Part shown: piece after piece, positions 29,879 through 43,984 of the stretch
How positions within the stretch are numbered: the first letter of the stretch is position 1
How the letters are laid out: every line of letters starts with the position of its first letter
Source: Eledone cirrhosa
Taxonomy: Eukaryota
Reading direction: 5' to 3'
Length of the DNA stretch: 64,000 nucleotides
Assembly (NCBI GenBank): GCA_964016885.1
Contig: OZ024742.1
Coordinates: 40,672,001 to 40,736,000 of the forward strand
The notes under the pieces: generated by a model
Told to the model about the DNA's origin: nothing
Databases searched by the model: none
What the model saw: only the letters and a program-made list of their open reading frames with translations
Program-made: the position numbers and the translations under genes

Positions 29879-30782
29879 TAGACTATAATAGTAGTTGATC
29901 ATCTATCGTTATATTCATTTACGTTGGTGTGACTACATTTCAAATGTTAATCAAATGCTTCTTAAGTCAAATGGATGTTTACACGTCTAGCTATAAACTT
30001 GATATTTTCTAAAAGACAACTAGTCGCCAGGGAACACTTAGTGTAATGGTTAATGTACTTGCTCGGCATCCGTGACATAGGTATTCAATTCCACGCAGCC
30101 GACTTTTTCCTTCTTCAGGAATACTTTGCTCGATTTTCTCAACTATTATTCATAGTGATCGAATACTTTATAGTCATTGGTGCTGGGACGACTACATTTC
30201 AAATTTATAACTCTATATCGCCATTGATGGAAAGCAAGGATGTATATTTATTAACAACAACAACCATTTCTAATTTATGTACAAGGCCAGCAATTTTGGG
30301 TGAAGGAGAAATTGATTAAATCTTTAAATGATTAAATCATTAAGTTGAAGTGTGCTTGATGGTATTGACCTCAGAAGGATGAAAAGCAAAGTTGACCTGG
30401 GCGGAATATGAGCTCAGATTGTAGAGAGGCAAAATAAATATATTTGGGACTGTTATCCGATACGCTAACGATTCGGCCAATTCATCACCTCTATCAATAG
30501 CCCTAATAACACCAGACTAACTATCACAAATACTCCTTGAATATATATAGATCTATATTGCCGAAATTAACATGCTTTTAGTCATTCTTTATGCTGTATA
30601 GAGAAATAAGCATAAATTCCTATTAACTTCGGTGCTGTCTTTTAACAGCTTCGCTAATGGTCAACTAAATATGTATTCAGGCTTTCCAACAATGACTACA
30701 TACATTTATATATATCCAGAGAATATCCAACTGATAAGGTATGATTTTCCTGGGTATGTCTTTATTTATAAAACAGATTTTG

Positions 30783-31010
30783 TATTTTATCTGAAGAAAG
30801 CGTACCAAAGTCTTTTGGTACCCTTGAAATATATATAATTGTTTCTACTTTAGGCACAAGGCCAGCAATTACCCAGTGCATTACTGGTACTTTATTTTAT
30901 CGACCCCGTAAGGATGAAAGGCAAAGTCAACCTCGGCGGGATTTGAACTCAGATCGTTAAGGGACGTAACTATGCTGGAAAGCATGGCGTCTGATATATA
31001 TAATAAAATA
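30783..31010 (+). ncRNA. Hammerhead ribozyme (family H1) interrupted by a SINE
   Basis: TATTTTAT-CTGAAGA-AAGCGTACC/GGTACCCTT-GAA-A-TATATA-T-A; the helix-I partner ATAAAATA is displaced to about 31003-31010 by the SINE. Confidence 0.75.
30840..30991 (-). mobile_element. 5'-truncated family-A SINE with 11-bp TSD
   Basis: TSD atatatataat at 30829-30839 and 30994-31004. Confidence 0.85.
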
Positions 31011-31877
31011 AATATGGTTTTATAAATATAGTTTCCATTTATTTAATATCATTGAATTATATATATATATGTATTTATATATATATATGTATTTATATAT
31101 ATATATTTATATATATGTACTTGTCTGGGTATCCGTGTTTGTGCATGAGTTCGTTTATATATCTTTAGGTGTTTGTGTGTTAGTGTGCGTGCTTATTTAT
31201 TTGCTTGCACGCGTGTGTTATGTTTGGTATTTTTGTCTGTATGTATATACAACAATCATTTCGTAGAACAGAGCGACACATTCAAGCGTACTGATTTCTA
31301 CATCAGAAATCATTATAGTTATTGCATTTTTATCCTAAGACAAAAATCAACCATAATTGTCAACTCTGGTTATTATAAATCCCGTTTATTTTCTAATAAC
31401 TATCATGAAGCAAGAAAAATGATGACGTTTTCAGTCAGGAAAAAATTATTGAGAAGGCAATGGTGGATGGAAACAGGCGAGAATAATGAAGAGCGGAACG
31501 ATTGAATTATAACCAGAAGCATTGAGAATCAACCGTTGTTGCTGTTGTTGTTGTTGTTGTTGTTGAAGGTTGCTAGTGCTGTTATTTAACCCCGGTTCGA
31601 CTGTGATTTGGCAAGTAATATGGTCAGACATTCTAGCAATTACTACACCGTCAGATTCAAATAATGAGTCCGGGCAAACATTATCTTATGTAATCTACCT
31701 TTTTTAAACAGAGGGATAAGATTGAGAAGAGATCTGCCTGCTATTTCTAGCATGTCAAGCGACATCATAGAGATCTTTCTCGTCGGCACCTAAACCATTG
31801 CTGTAACTAATAGAAATATGTATACAATATAGAAAAATAATCTATCGTCGTAATGGCTGATAATTGTATGTATGCCT

Positions 31878-33270
31878 GTAGGTAGGTAGGTAGCTTGGAA
31901 GGTAGGTAGGTAGGTAGGTAGGTAGGTAGGTAGGTAGGTAGGTAGGTAGGTAGGTAGGTAGGTAGGTTGGTAGGTAGGTAGGTAGGTAGGTAAGTAGGTA
32001 GGTAGGTAGGTAGGTAGGTAGGTAGGTAGGTAGGTAGGTAGGTAGGTAGGTAGGTAGGTAGGTAGGTAGGTAGGTTGGAAGGTAGGTAGGTAGGTAGGTA
32101 GGTAGGTAGGTAGGTAGGTAAGTAGGTAGGTAGGTAGGTAAGTAGGTAGGTAGGTAGGTAGGTAGGTAGGTAGGTAGGTAGGTAGGTAGGTTGGAAGGTA
32201 GGTAGGTAGGTAGGTAGGTAGGTAGGTAGGTAGGTAGGTAGGTAGGTAGGTAGGTAGGTAGGTAGGTTGGAAGGTAGGTAGGTAGGTAGGTAGGTAGGTA
32301 GGTAGGTAGGTAGGTAGGTAGGTAGGTAGGTAGGTAGGTAGGTAGGTAGGTAGGTAGGTTGGAAGGTAGGTAGGTAGGTAGGTAGGTAGGTAGGTAGGTA
32401 GGTAGGTAGGTAGGTAGGTAAGTAGGTAGGTAGGTAGGTAGGTAGGTAGGTAGGTAGGTAGGTAGGTTGGTAGGTAGATAGGTAGGTAGGTAGGTAGGTA
32501 GGTAGATAGGTAGGTAGGTAGGTAGGTAGGTTGGAAGGTAGGTAGGTAGGTAGGTAGGTAGGTAAGTAGGTAGGTAGGTAGGTAGGTAGGTCGGTAGGTA
32601 AGTAGGTAGGTAGGTAGGTAAGTAGGTAGGTAAGTAGGTAGGTAGGTAGGTAGGTAGGTAGGTAGGTAGGTAGGTAGGTAGGTAGGTAGGTAGGTAGATA
32701 GGTAGGTAGGTAGGTAGGTAGGTAGGTTGGAAGGTAGGTAGGTAGGTAGGTAGGTAGGTAAGTAGGTAGGTAGGTAGGTAGGTAGGTAGGTAGGTAGGTA
32801 GGTAGGTAGGTTGGTAGGTAGGTAGGTAGGTAGGTAGGTAGGTAGGTAGGTAGGTTGGTAGGTAGGTAGGTAGGTAGGTAGGTAGGTAGGTAGGTAGGTA
32901 GGTAGGTAGGTAGGTTGGAAGGTAGGTAGGTAGGTAGGTAGGTAGGTAGGTAGGTAGGTAGGTAGGTAGGTAGGTAGGTAGATAGGTAGGTAGGTAGGTA
33001 GGTAGGTAGGTAGGTAGGTTGGTAGGTTGGAAGGTAGGTAGGTAGGTAGGTAGGTAGGTAGGTAGGTAGGTAGGTAGGTAGGTAGGTAGGTAGGTAGGTA
33101 GGTAGGTTGGTAGGTAGGTAGGTAGGTAAGTAGGTAGGTAGGTAGGTTGGTAGGTAGGTAGGTAGGTAGGTAGGTAGGTAGGTAGGTTGGTAGGTAGATA
33201 GATAGGTAGGTAGGTTGGTAGATAGGTAGATAGGTAGGTATGTAGGTTGGTAGGTAGGTAGGTAGGAAGG
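31878..33270. repeat. ~1.4-kb (TAGG)n array with TTGG, AAGG, TAAG and TAGA variants
   Basis: Direct reading; explains the spurious 512-aa LPTY ORF. Confidence 0.95.
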
Positions 33271-33387
33271 TACAAATTTATAAAATTATAAAACCAGAAG
33301 AACATATATACATACATAATACATTCATACATACATACATACATACATACATACATACATACATACATACATACATACATACATACA

Positions 33388-33794
33388 TGGTGGCTGCCAA
33401 CTCGTTTTCGAGTACGGCCACTACTTTATATCCATGTAAGAGAACCCCTACCGATGCGCTGAACAAGTGTGACTTTTTAGTCCAGCCATTGACTTGAAAA
33501 CTCTGGTACAGACACTACACTTGTGACAATTATTGACACATAGTGCTGGGCCCATGGTACCATGTGACGACAAGTGCAGAGAGATCTCCAGATATAAAGC
33601 AATACCTGTGCCGTGAAGTATTTATAGTGAACAAAGGCACTGCACAAAGCCAGTCCCACTCTCTTAACCAAGATGATATTTACCAAAAAGAAGAACAAGT
33701 GAACATCATTGGATACCATCAGAGTTGCAGGTGTTATATCAGAGTTTTCCTTCTCCTAGAATTCTGCCTTGACAAAGGCTAAGGGGTCATCTCT
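33388..33794. mobile_element. Non-coding element between (TACA)n tracts; shorter copy of 46196-46787
   Basis: High identity to 46196-46600 with the same left end (tggtggctgccaactcg). Confidence 0.75.
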
Positions 33795-33854
33795 ACATAC
33801 ATACATACATACATACATACATACATACATACATACATACATACATACATACAT

Positions 33855-34570
33855 AGAGGCCCAACATCAGTCCAGACAACATATGAATGTCGCATCATAT
33901 CTCTCCGACAACATATACGAACCTCGAAGCGTAGGAGCCCGCTTCTCGAGCAAGTCTATCTGCATGAAACAGATAAGATCATGAGAGTTGGGAAGGAACT
34001 TCTCGAGAGATATTCCCTGTGTGATAATCAAAAACTCACACCCAGGGATGTCGCTCAGCAGTATCGCAGTGAATCCATGGATGAAAAACTGCATGCTTAT
34101 CAGCAAAAAATCATGCATGGATATGTTGCTAGGAAGCTCCAGAGTGAGAGTAATATAGATAAGGAAAGTAGTCTATCTTGGACCAACAACCGCTATATTG
34201 GCTCCCACTTTGAAGGATACGCTTTTGCAATCCAAGAACAGGAGATTAACACGAAATACCTGATTCACAAAAGAGATAGGGATGCAGGCAAAATGCCTAG
34301 ATGTGATAACAAGTGCAGACTCTGCAGAACTAACATCGAGGATATCACCCGTCATCAGCAGCTGTCCAAAGATGTCATTGCGGTACTATCTACCTATGAG
34401 GCGTGATGTAGTGGCCAAAACACTGTACAATACAGTTCGTAAAAAAGATAGCCCCGATAATAAACACATTAAAAGCTACAGCAATGTGGAAGACATCCAT
34501 GTACATAATATGAAAGAGTACTGGTGGAATGTTCCAGTAAAACCCCAATAAAATGCAGGCATAACAGACA
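33855..34570 (+). mobile_element. R4/Dong-like LINE fragment (post-RT region with CCHC finger)
   Basis: FAIQEQEINTKY, CDNKCRLCRTNIEDI and RRDVVAK; bounded by (TACA)n. Confidence 0.85.
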
Positions 34571-35226
34571 TACATACTTACATATACATACATACATACA
34601 TACATACATACATACATACATACATACATACATACATACATACATACATACATACATACATACATACATACATACATAAGTTGAGCAAAGTCATCGTTAG
34701 TGGATATATGTTTGATGCTGATTACAGAAAATGTGACATAAAATTAATGAAATAAATTGATTGAAGTTAATATAAAATGGAATACGGTGGTATCCAGAGG
34801 GACACGATGGGGAAAGTTAAGGAAAATTTAAGAATCAAACATCTCTGGTGTGTTAAAAGTATTAAATTAGATACTTTTACTTTAAACTCCGACAAATTGG
34901 ATGTGTACTATACTAGTATTCATAAATATTTCAGTAACAGTAACAAGCTGGACTATAAAACCTGTCATTCTTTGTGGGTACTATGTTGGTGTAAGATATA
35001 TATATCTTACTAAAGTCTATATACATAGGCTGCTAATATCTTAGTAAAACTTTAAAATCTTAGTCTAATAGCATTAAGAAGAACAGACGGCAATACACTT
35101 GGGAAAATTATAGGACGTACACATTGGCAGAACACAAGGAAAAGACTAAGGTCGATATGGTAAATAACATTAAGTTAAATATGGTGGAATAATGGAAATC
35201 GAAGCAACGGAGGTATGTGTGTGTTT

Positions 35227-35334
<108 letters not shown>

Positions 35335-35487
35335 ATACATGCGTGTGTGTGTGTCTTTGTCCGTGTACATATATATATGTATATATATATATTCACTATT
35401 TATATATATATATTCACTATCCAGTGAATATCCAACCGATAAGGTATGATTTTCATGGGTATGTCTCTATTTATAAAACAAACTCTG

Positions 35488-35550
35488 TATTTTATCTGAT
35501 GAAAGCGTACCGATGTGTCTTGGTACCCTTGAAATATATATAATAAAATA
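35488..35550 (+). ncRNA. Intact type-I hammerhead ribozyme (family H1)
   Basis: 8-bp helix I TATTTTAT/ATAAAATA; CTGATGA; helix II AAG-C-GTACC/GGTAC-C-CTT; GAA-A-TATATA-T-A (AUA site); distal 12-bp helix TATTTATAAAAC/GTTTTATAAATA. Confidence 0.85.
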
Positions 35551-35589
35551 AATATGGTTTTATAAATATAGTTTCCTTTTATTTAATAT

Positions 35590-35657
<68 letters not shown>

Positions 35658-35854
35658 GTTTCTACTTTAGGCACAAGGCCAGCAATTACCCAGTGCATTA
35701 CTGGTACTTTATTTTATCGACCCCGTAAGGATGAAAGGCAAAGTCAACCTCGGCAGGATTTGAACTCAGTCCGTAAAGGGACGTAACTATGCTGGAAAGC
35801 ATGGCGTCCGACCCTCTACCGATACTGCCAATCCACCGCCTATATATATATATA

Positions 35855-36723
<869 letters not shown>

Positions 36724-36905
36724 ACATACACAAACATATATATTTACATATGTAAATATATACTTGCAAACATGTGTATATGCATAATATATATATATAT
36801 ATATATAAAGAATGAATAATAACAGGTAGACATCATAAAAAGGTAATCTATTCCGTGTGCTTACAAGTGTTTCCACGGTGGTACTGCAGCCTAGTTATGC
36901 TATAC

Positions 36906-37046
<141 letters not shown>

Positions 37047-37049
37047 AGG

Positions 37050-38668
37050 TAAAGAGGCAGGCTGTGTGATTTCTGAAACGAAGTGTAAGAAGGTAATATG
37101 GACGTAAACGAGAGGCTATGTGTGCTAGTTGCTGGAACTCCGGACTTCAGAGAAGGTAAACTCCTCGGTGTTCCCATAATTCCTGATGGCACTGGAACCA
37201 CCCAAGCTAAAGCATCATTTGATCTTGTTAAAGATTGGAATGTTGATGGGTCTGTGGTGGGCTTGGTCTTCGACACAATTGCTTCGAATTCTGGATGGAA
37301 AAATGGTGCCTGCGTGAAACTAGAAGAGATGCTCAACAAAAAGGTGTTTTATTTTGCTTGTCGGCACCATGTCATGGAGCGTATCTTGTGTGCAGTGTGG
37401 CAACAACTATTCGGAGCAATGTCCAGTCCAGACACCCCAAAGTTCAAGGAGTTCAAAAAAGATTGGGTGTCACTCACGGACAAGACCAACTTTAAAACAT
37501 TGAACATTGTCGACCGGAGACTCAGGTGTCTGTGTTCTGAGAACATCAAGTTTCTCCAAGATTTGCTGACATCCGACGATGGGAAAATGAGTTCTCTTCC
37601 ACGGGACGACTACCGAGAATGTGCCGAGTTGATGTTGATCTTGCTTGGTGTCACCCCTCCTCGTGGAATTCATTGGATGCTGCCTGGTGCACATCATAAT
37701 GCTCGGTGGATGTCCACAATCATCTATAGTGCAAAGATGTATGCATTTGGTGAGCGACTCAATTACGATCAAGCTAAAATGGAAAAGTTGCGCCGGATCT
37801 GTATGTCCAATGCTCTGTTCTACGTGCGATACTGGCTGACAGCAGTCAAATGTGCTGATGCACCATCCAATAACCTTCAATTCTACATGGAGTTGACACA
37901 GTACAGTAAGGTTAACAGAGATCTCTCGCAGGCAGCCACTACTGCTCTGAGCAGGCATCTTTGGTACCTGACGGAGGAAGCCATTCAGCTAGCGCTGTTT
38001 TCAAGTCGGGTCCGAGAAGAAACAAATATCCCAACGCCTTGTCAAAACGAAAACGCCTGGGCCTCTCGACCGTGGTGCTCCAGTATTTCCCGAGTTGAAG
38101 TCGTCCACGAAGCTGCCTCATCTAGTTGGGAAGAAATCAAGGCTTCTGTTCGATCTCCTTGGACTCGACGATACTTGGCTTGAGCTGTCACCTGCAACTT
38201 GGTCATCAGAAGTGTCATATGAAAATGCCTGTGCTGTTGTTCACAATATCAATGTAGTCAACGATCTGGCGGAGAGAGCAGTCAAGTTGATAACTGATTT
38301 TGTTGCCATCACCAAGAATGAGGAGGAGAAGCAGTGTGTTCTTTAAGTAGTCGACGCTCATCGTCGCAAGGTCCCGGATTTCAAAAAAGAAACTCTGAAA
38401 AAAATATGACTGGAGTTAACTTAACTGAACTTGTTTCTTCCTTGTACACCTTTATATTCAAAGCTAGTTTACTAAATATAATGGATCAATAAAATAAACG
38501 ATTATTGTATGGTCATATTTGGTTTCAACATTTTCATGATTTCATGCAACATAATCACACTTTCTACTATAATTACCATGATATAGTTACCATGATATGG
38601 GGCATTTATAATGGGAAAATACACAGGGAGCGTTAGTATTGTGACCTTGCTTTTTATGGCACACTCTA
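37050..38668 (+). mobile_element. 5'-truncated hATm-like DNA transposon with frameshifted transposase (37098-38409)
   Basis: VFDT..NSG...GAC, the CxxH motif ACRHH, ARWMS, RHLWYL and VVNDLAERAVKLI; right end ...GGCACACTCTA (TAGAGTG-type terminus). Confidence 0.7.
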
Positions 38669-38704
38669 ATATACATATATATATATATATATATATACAT
38701 ATTG

Positions 38705-39235
38705 TTATACTTTGGGAGGGTCATGTTGCCAATAAGAAACACACGCACCATTTGCTTTCACTTCAATTTATTATAATAAATTTATAAATTTAGGAATTTA
38801 TAAATTTCCGGTTGGTTGGTTGGTTCCACAACCAGATGGTTGTTTATATATTGTCAAAGTTCTTTCGTCACACATTCTGTGACCTCTTCAGTGACTGGGG
38901 ATTCTTTTCTTTGTTTTTGTGCCTCTTCTTTGTTCTGTCCTACGCCATCTTGTTTCTGTGTGTGTGTGACACAACATACACACAGAAACAAGATGGCGTA
39001 GGACAGAACAAAGGAGATGCACAAAAACAAAGAAAAGAATCCCCAGTCACTGAAGAGGTCACAGAATGTGTGACGAAAGAACTTTGACAATATATAAACA
39101 ACCATCTGGTTGTGGAACCAACCAACCAACCGGAAATTTATAAATTCCTAAATTTATAAATTTATTATAATAAATTGAAGTGAAAGCACTGGTGCGTGTG
39201 TTTCTTATTGGCAACATGACACTCCCAAAGTATAA
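38705..39235. repeat. ~530-bp near-perfect palindrome centred near 38970
   Basis: Mirror ORFs 38812-39087(+) and 38854-39129(-) are nearly identical; single-arm relatives at about 39420, 43000 and 51010. Confidence 0.95.
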
Positions 39236-39306
39236 GAATATCGGTTTCAACACACGTTTTCAGATAAAGAATCTTGCTAAACAAATTCAGAAACGATATA
39301 TATACA

Positions 39307-39368
<62 letters not shown>

Positions 39369-40037
39369 TATATGTGGAGTGTATCTGGATGTATATATAT
39401 ATATATATATTATTAAATTTGATCATATTGCCAGTATTGCCAATAAAATAGAACACACGCTCTATATTATTTTCACTTTTTCACTTTATCTTTATTACTA
39501 GTTATTTGATTGGTTTGCCAAAGTTCTTTCATCACGCATTCTGTGACCTCTTCAATGACTATCTGTTCTATTTTATGCCTCCTCTTCTTTCTGGTCTTAA
39601 TCTGTTACTCCATCTTGTCTTTTTTTGGTTGTACGTTTTTCGTGATTCGTTTCTGCGCATGCGTTTGCACCTGCGCCTTCGCCTGTATGTGTATCTTTTC
39701 GTTTGTTATGTCTATGTGCGTTGTATGTGTGGGGAGGGGGTTGTATCTTTCATTTGTTATGACTTTCTTATTCTGTCATCCGTTGTTAGGTTGTACGTTG
39801 TTACTATTCATGTTCTCAGTTCTGGCTAGGTCTACCTTCTATGTGAGTGGTCTCGCCTAATTTCAACAGGTTAGCATGAGAAGACAAACAAATGAGGTAA
39901 ATCAATTATGATACAATATTAATAGAAAAATGTATTATTCAGAACAACAAAGATGAGACTAGCTAAAAGACAAAGATTACATAAATCATATCTGGATTAA
40001 AACTTAGTATATAGCAGGGGAATGTAAAAAGGTATAA

Positions 40038-40161
<124 letters not shown>

Positions 40162-40451
40162 ATACATACATCTATATATATACATATATATACATATATA
40201 TGTAGAGGTTATATTTAATTTGTTGGGATACAACAAGCAAAATATTTTTATAACTGATATAAAGCACCCAACAAATTCTTGGAGTAAATATACAATATAT
40301 TAACAAATGGAAATGATATTTATAAAACCATATTTATTTCAGTATACACATTTCAAGGGCCACCAAGGCAAACTATCCAGGAGATTCCAACCAGAATGGT
40401 TGCATTTTTTCAGGGTATGTCAATATTTATTTATAAAACTAACCTATATTA

Positions 40452-40517
40452 TATTTTATCTGATGAAAGCGCACCATAGTTTGCCTTGGTGGCCCTTGAA
40501 ATATGTATAATGAAATA
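40452..40517 (+). ncRNA. Hammerhead ribozyme (family H1), right arm of fold-back 40288-40563
   Basis: TATTTTAT-CTGATGA-AAGCGCACCA/TGGTGGCCCTT-GAA-A-TATGTA-T-A-ATGAAATA. Confidence 0.8.
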
Positions 40518-40565
40518 AATATGGTTTTATAAATATAGTTTCCATTTGTTAATATATTGTATATA

Positions 40566-40613
<48 letters not shown>

Positions 40614-40738
40614 GGAGGTGAGTTTTATTGTAGTACAATAAAGCAATGCAGATATCGGATAAGAAGCACTCTACAGTTTGTAGGACTGGAGTATACATAA
40701 TATATATAAGATCAAAAGATGGTTAAAAGAGTTCCATG

Positions 40739-40809
40739 TATTTTATTATGCGCATTTCAAAAACAAATATCATCATGCAATAATATTTGTGTTTTCATCA
40801 GATAAAATA
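40739..40809 (-). ncRNA. Intact type-I hammerhead ribozyme (family H2); core-truncated inverted copy at about 41830-41890
   Basis: TATTTTAT-CTGATGA-AAACACAAATAT/ATATTTGTTTTT-GAA-A-TGCGCA-T-A-ATAAAATA; palindromic helix III ATGCGCAT. Confidence 0.88.
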
Positions 40810-41171
40810 GGAAGACATGATATGAAGGGTAAAAAACACTTGTGGATAGTGCAGTTTTAAATCAACATATGAAAAGTAGTTTTAAATTGATGTGTGATAT
40901 TGGGAAAAAAAAATTTTGAGGAGGGGGGAGGTTGGAAAAGATGAAAAAGAGGAGGAGATGAGAGTAAAAAGTGGAGGGGGAGGAGTATAATGAGGAAGGA
41001 TGAGATAGGAGGAGAGATGGGTGATAGAGAGAGAGAGATAGCTTTTATAACTGAGAAAAATATATTGTTTTACATAGAGAGGTTGAAAAACCGTTGGAAG
41101 ATAATGTATAAATTAAAAGTATTTGAAAATTAACGAAGAGAAAATAATCTAAAGTTAAGGTTTGTATATTG

Positions 41172-41459
41172 AAGGGTTTAATAATATGTGCGATGAAAAG
41201 AAAATGTTAATATGTATTAAGAATAATATTTAAGGGTTTAATAATATGTGCGATGAAAAGAAAATGTTAATATGTATTAAGAATAATATTTAAGGGTTTA
41301 ATAATATGTGCGATGAAAAGAAAATGTTAATATGTATTAAGAATAATATTTAAGGGTTTAATAATATGTGCGATGGAAAGAAAATGTTAATATGTATTAA
41401 GAATAATATTTAAGGGTTTAATAATATGTGCGATGGAAAGAAAATGTTGATATGTATTA
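41172..41459. repeat. 60-bp tandem repeat, ~4.8 copies
   Basis: Unit aagggtttaataatatgtgcgatgaaaagaaaatgttaatatgtattaagaataatattt recurs every 60 nt. Confidence 0.95.
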
Positions 41460-41921
41460 TTAAAAAAAACAAAAGTAATGTAAGTAAGGATATATTGTGA
41501 GATGAGCATGAATAAGTTAGATGAAAGGGAGAAAAAAATAATGAATTGAGGATGAATAATCTAACGTCAAAAAAATGTGTTTATGTTTACGAAGGATTTT
41601 TTCAAGGTGATATAAAGTAAGAATATATTGTATTGTGTAATAATTGTTTCTATGTTAGGCACAGTGAGAAAAGGTACAGATTAGGGGTTAGAAATTCAAA
41701 GAAAAAGAAAAGAAAAGGAAAAGGAAGAAAGGGAAGTGATAAATAGGAGTGATATAGAATGAATAACAAGTATTATATAATGTATAATAAATAACTTTGA
41801 AATAAGGTAGAAAGATGGGTATATTTTTAATGAAAACACAAATATTATTGCATGATGATATTTGTTTTTGAAATGCGCATAATAAAATACGTGGAACTCT
41901 TTTAACCATCTTTTGATCTTA

Positions 41922-41991
<70 letters not shown>

Positions 41992-42203
41992 AAGTATGTA
42001 TGTTTACAAACAAACCGAGCATTATAATAAATGTTCGGTAAACCCATACGTACATATATATATATGTGTGTGTGCATGTATGTATATATATACATACTAC
42101 TGTACGTCTGTATACATATATGTATGTACGTGTACATACATACTTACATTTAAGTACCAGCCGTACTAAGAGTGAGAAATGAAATTTCGTTTCATTCTTT
42201 TCC

Positions 42204-42256
<53 letters not shown>

Positions 42257-42554
42257 CATATGTATATATATATATATGTATATACATATATATGTATATA
42301 TATTTATATATATATATATTTGATATCTACAGGATTAGAACTGTTTCATTCGTGAGAACAGTTCTAGTCCTGTAGAAGCTTTTCTATATTAAACATTTAT
42401 ACTCTGCTATGTATTGAGTACCTTACTTACCGATTGAACCCGGAATAACTTATATAAATATATCCAAAATTAAAATTAAGGGTTGTCATGCCTGAGAGAC
42501 ATGCGCTATACCCATCGTAGAATAAGCTCAAAGATTAGATCCGAGCATTACATA

Positions 42555-42912
42555 TCAACTAGAAATAGATTGACATATATATAAAATAAATACATGAAAC
42601 AATCACGGAATAATTTGTAAAGAATGTAAGCACACATAGCTAGGTAGGTAACTAATTAAAGTTTGACTAGAACTTCAAATATAGATACCTTTTAAAATGA
42701 TTATTCTCCTTTGTATATATTTCTTACTTAAAGAAATATATACAAAGGAGATTAATCATTTTAAAAGGTATCTATATTTGAAGTTCTAGTCAAACTTTAA
42801 TTAGTTACCTACCTAGCTATGTGTGCTTACATTCTTTACAAATTATTCCCTGTGATTGTTTCATGTATTTATTTTATATATATATATATATGTCAATCTA
42901 TTTCTAGTTGAT
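42555..42912. repeat. ~360-bp near-perfect palindrome with apex near 42727
   Basis: atcaactagaaatagattgac...tatatatttctt-act-aaagaaatatata...gtcaatctatttctagttgat. Confidence 0.93.
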
Positions 42913-43468
42913 CTATATATATATATATATATATACTTCGTTTTTGTATTTGTTTTGCAATATTTCTTATCTGAAAACGTGTGTTGAAACAGATGTTGTT
43001 ATACTTTGGGAGGGTCATGTTGCCAATAAAAACACACGTAAATGCTGGATTTCACTTCAATTTATTATAAACTCTCAGTCGGTTTGTTTACTAACCGGAT
43101 GGTTATTTAGTGGTTGGTTGTCAAAGCTCTTTCGTCATACATACTGTGACCTCCTCAGTGATTATCTTTGTGGTTATTTTTTTGTCTCTCCTTTGCATCT
43201 TCTTTTTGTGAGCTGTGCACTTGGGCTGCGCATGCGTTACACTCGGGTTTATGTGTGTTCTTTTCTATTTATTTATTTATCTATTTTCGAATCTTATACG
43301 TAACGCACAATACTTCAAGCAAACTACAACACTCTCTCATATATATATATATATATATATGAGAGTATAACATTATTTGTTTCGACACACGATTTCATAT
43401 CAAAAACCTCGCAAAACTAATTCATCGCCGGTATATATATATATGTATGTATATGTATATGTATATAT

Positions 43469-43555
<87 letters not shown>

Positions 43556-43755
43556 TAATATATAGATATATATGTATGTGTGCGACGTGTGTGCATGTAT
43601 GTGTATATATATATATGTATATATATGCAAAAGTACATGAACTCCAACCACAACCGGCTATTCCCAGTGAATGTTTTGGTTGCCAGCTCTGTGCAAGACA
43701 TTTTAGATCATTGGCTGGGCTAAAAAGCCACATTCGATCGCCGCACCGTTAATTG

Positions 43756-43898
<143 letters not shown>

Positions 43899-43984
43899 AT
43901 AGATATGTATATGTGTGTGTATATATATATATATATATTATATATATATATATTATATATATATATATATAAATAATTTTATTA

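Noticed and set aside
31842-33380. 512-aa ORF (LPTY)n
   Set aside because: Translation of the (TAGG)n array
41172-41459. CRISPR-like regular repeat
   Set aside because: No unique spacers; plain tandem repeat in eukaryotic DNA
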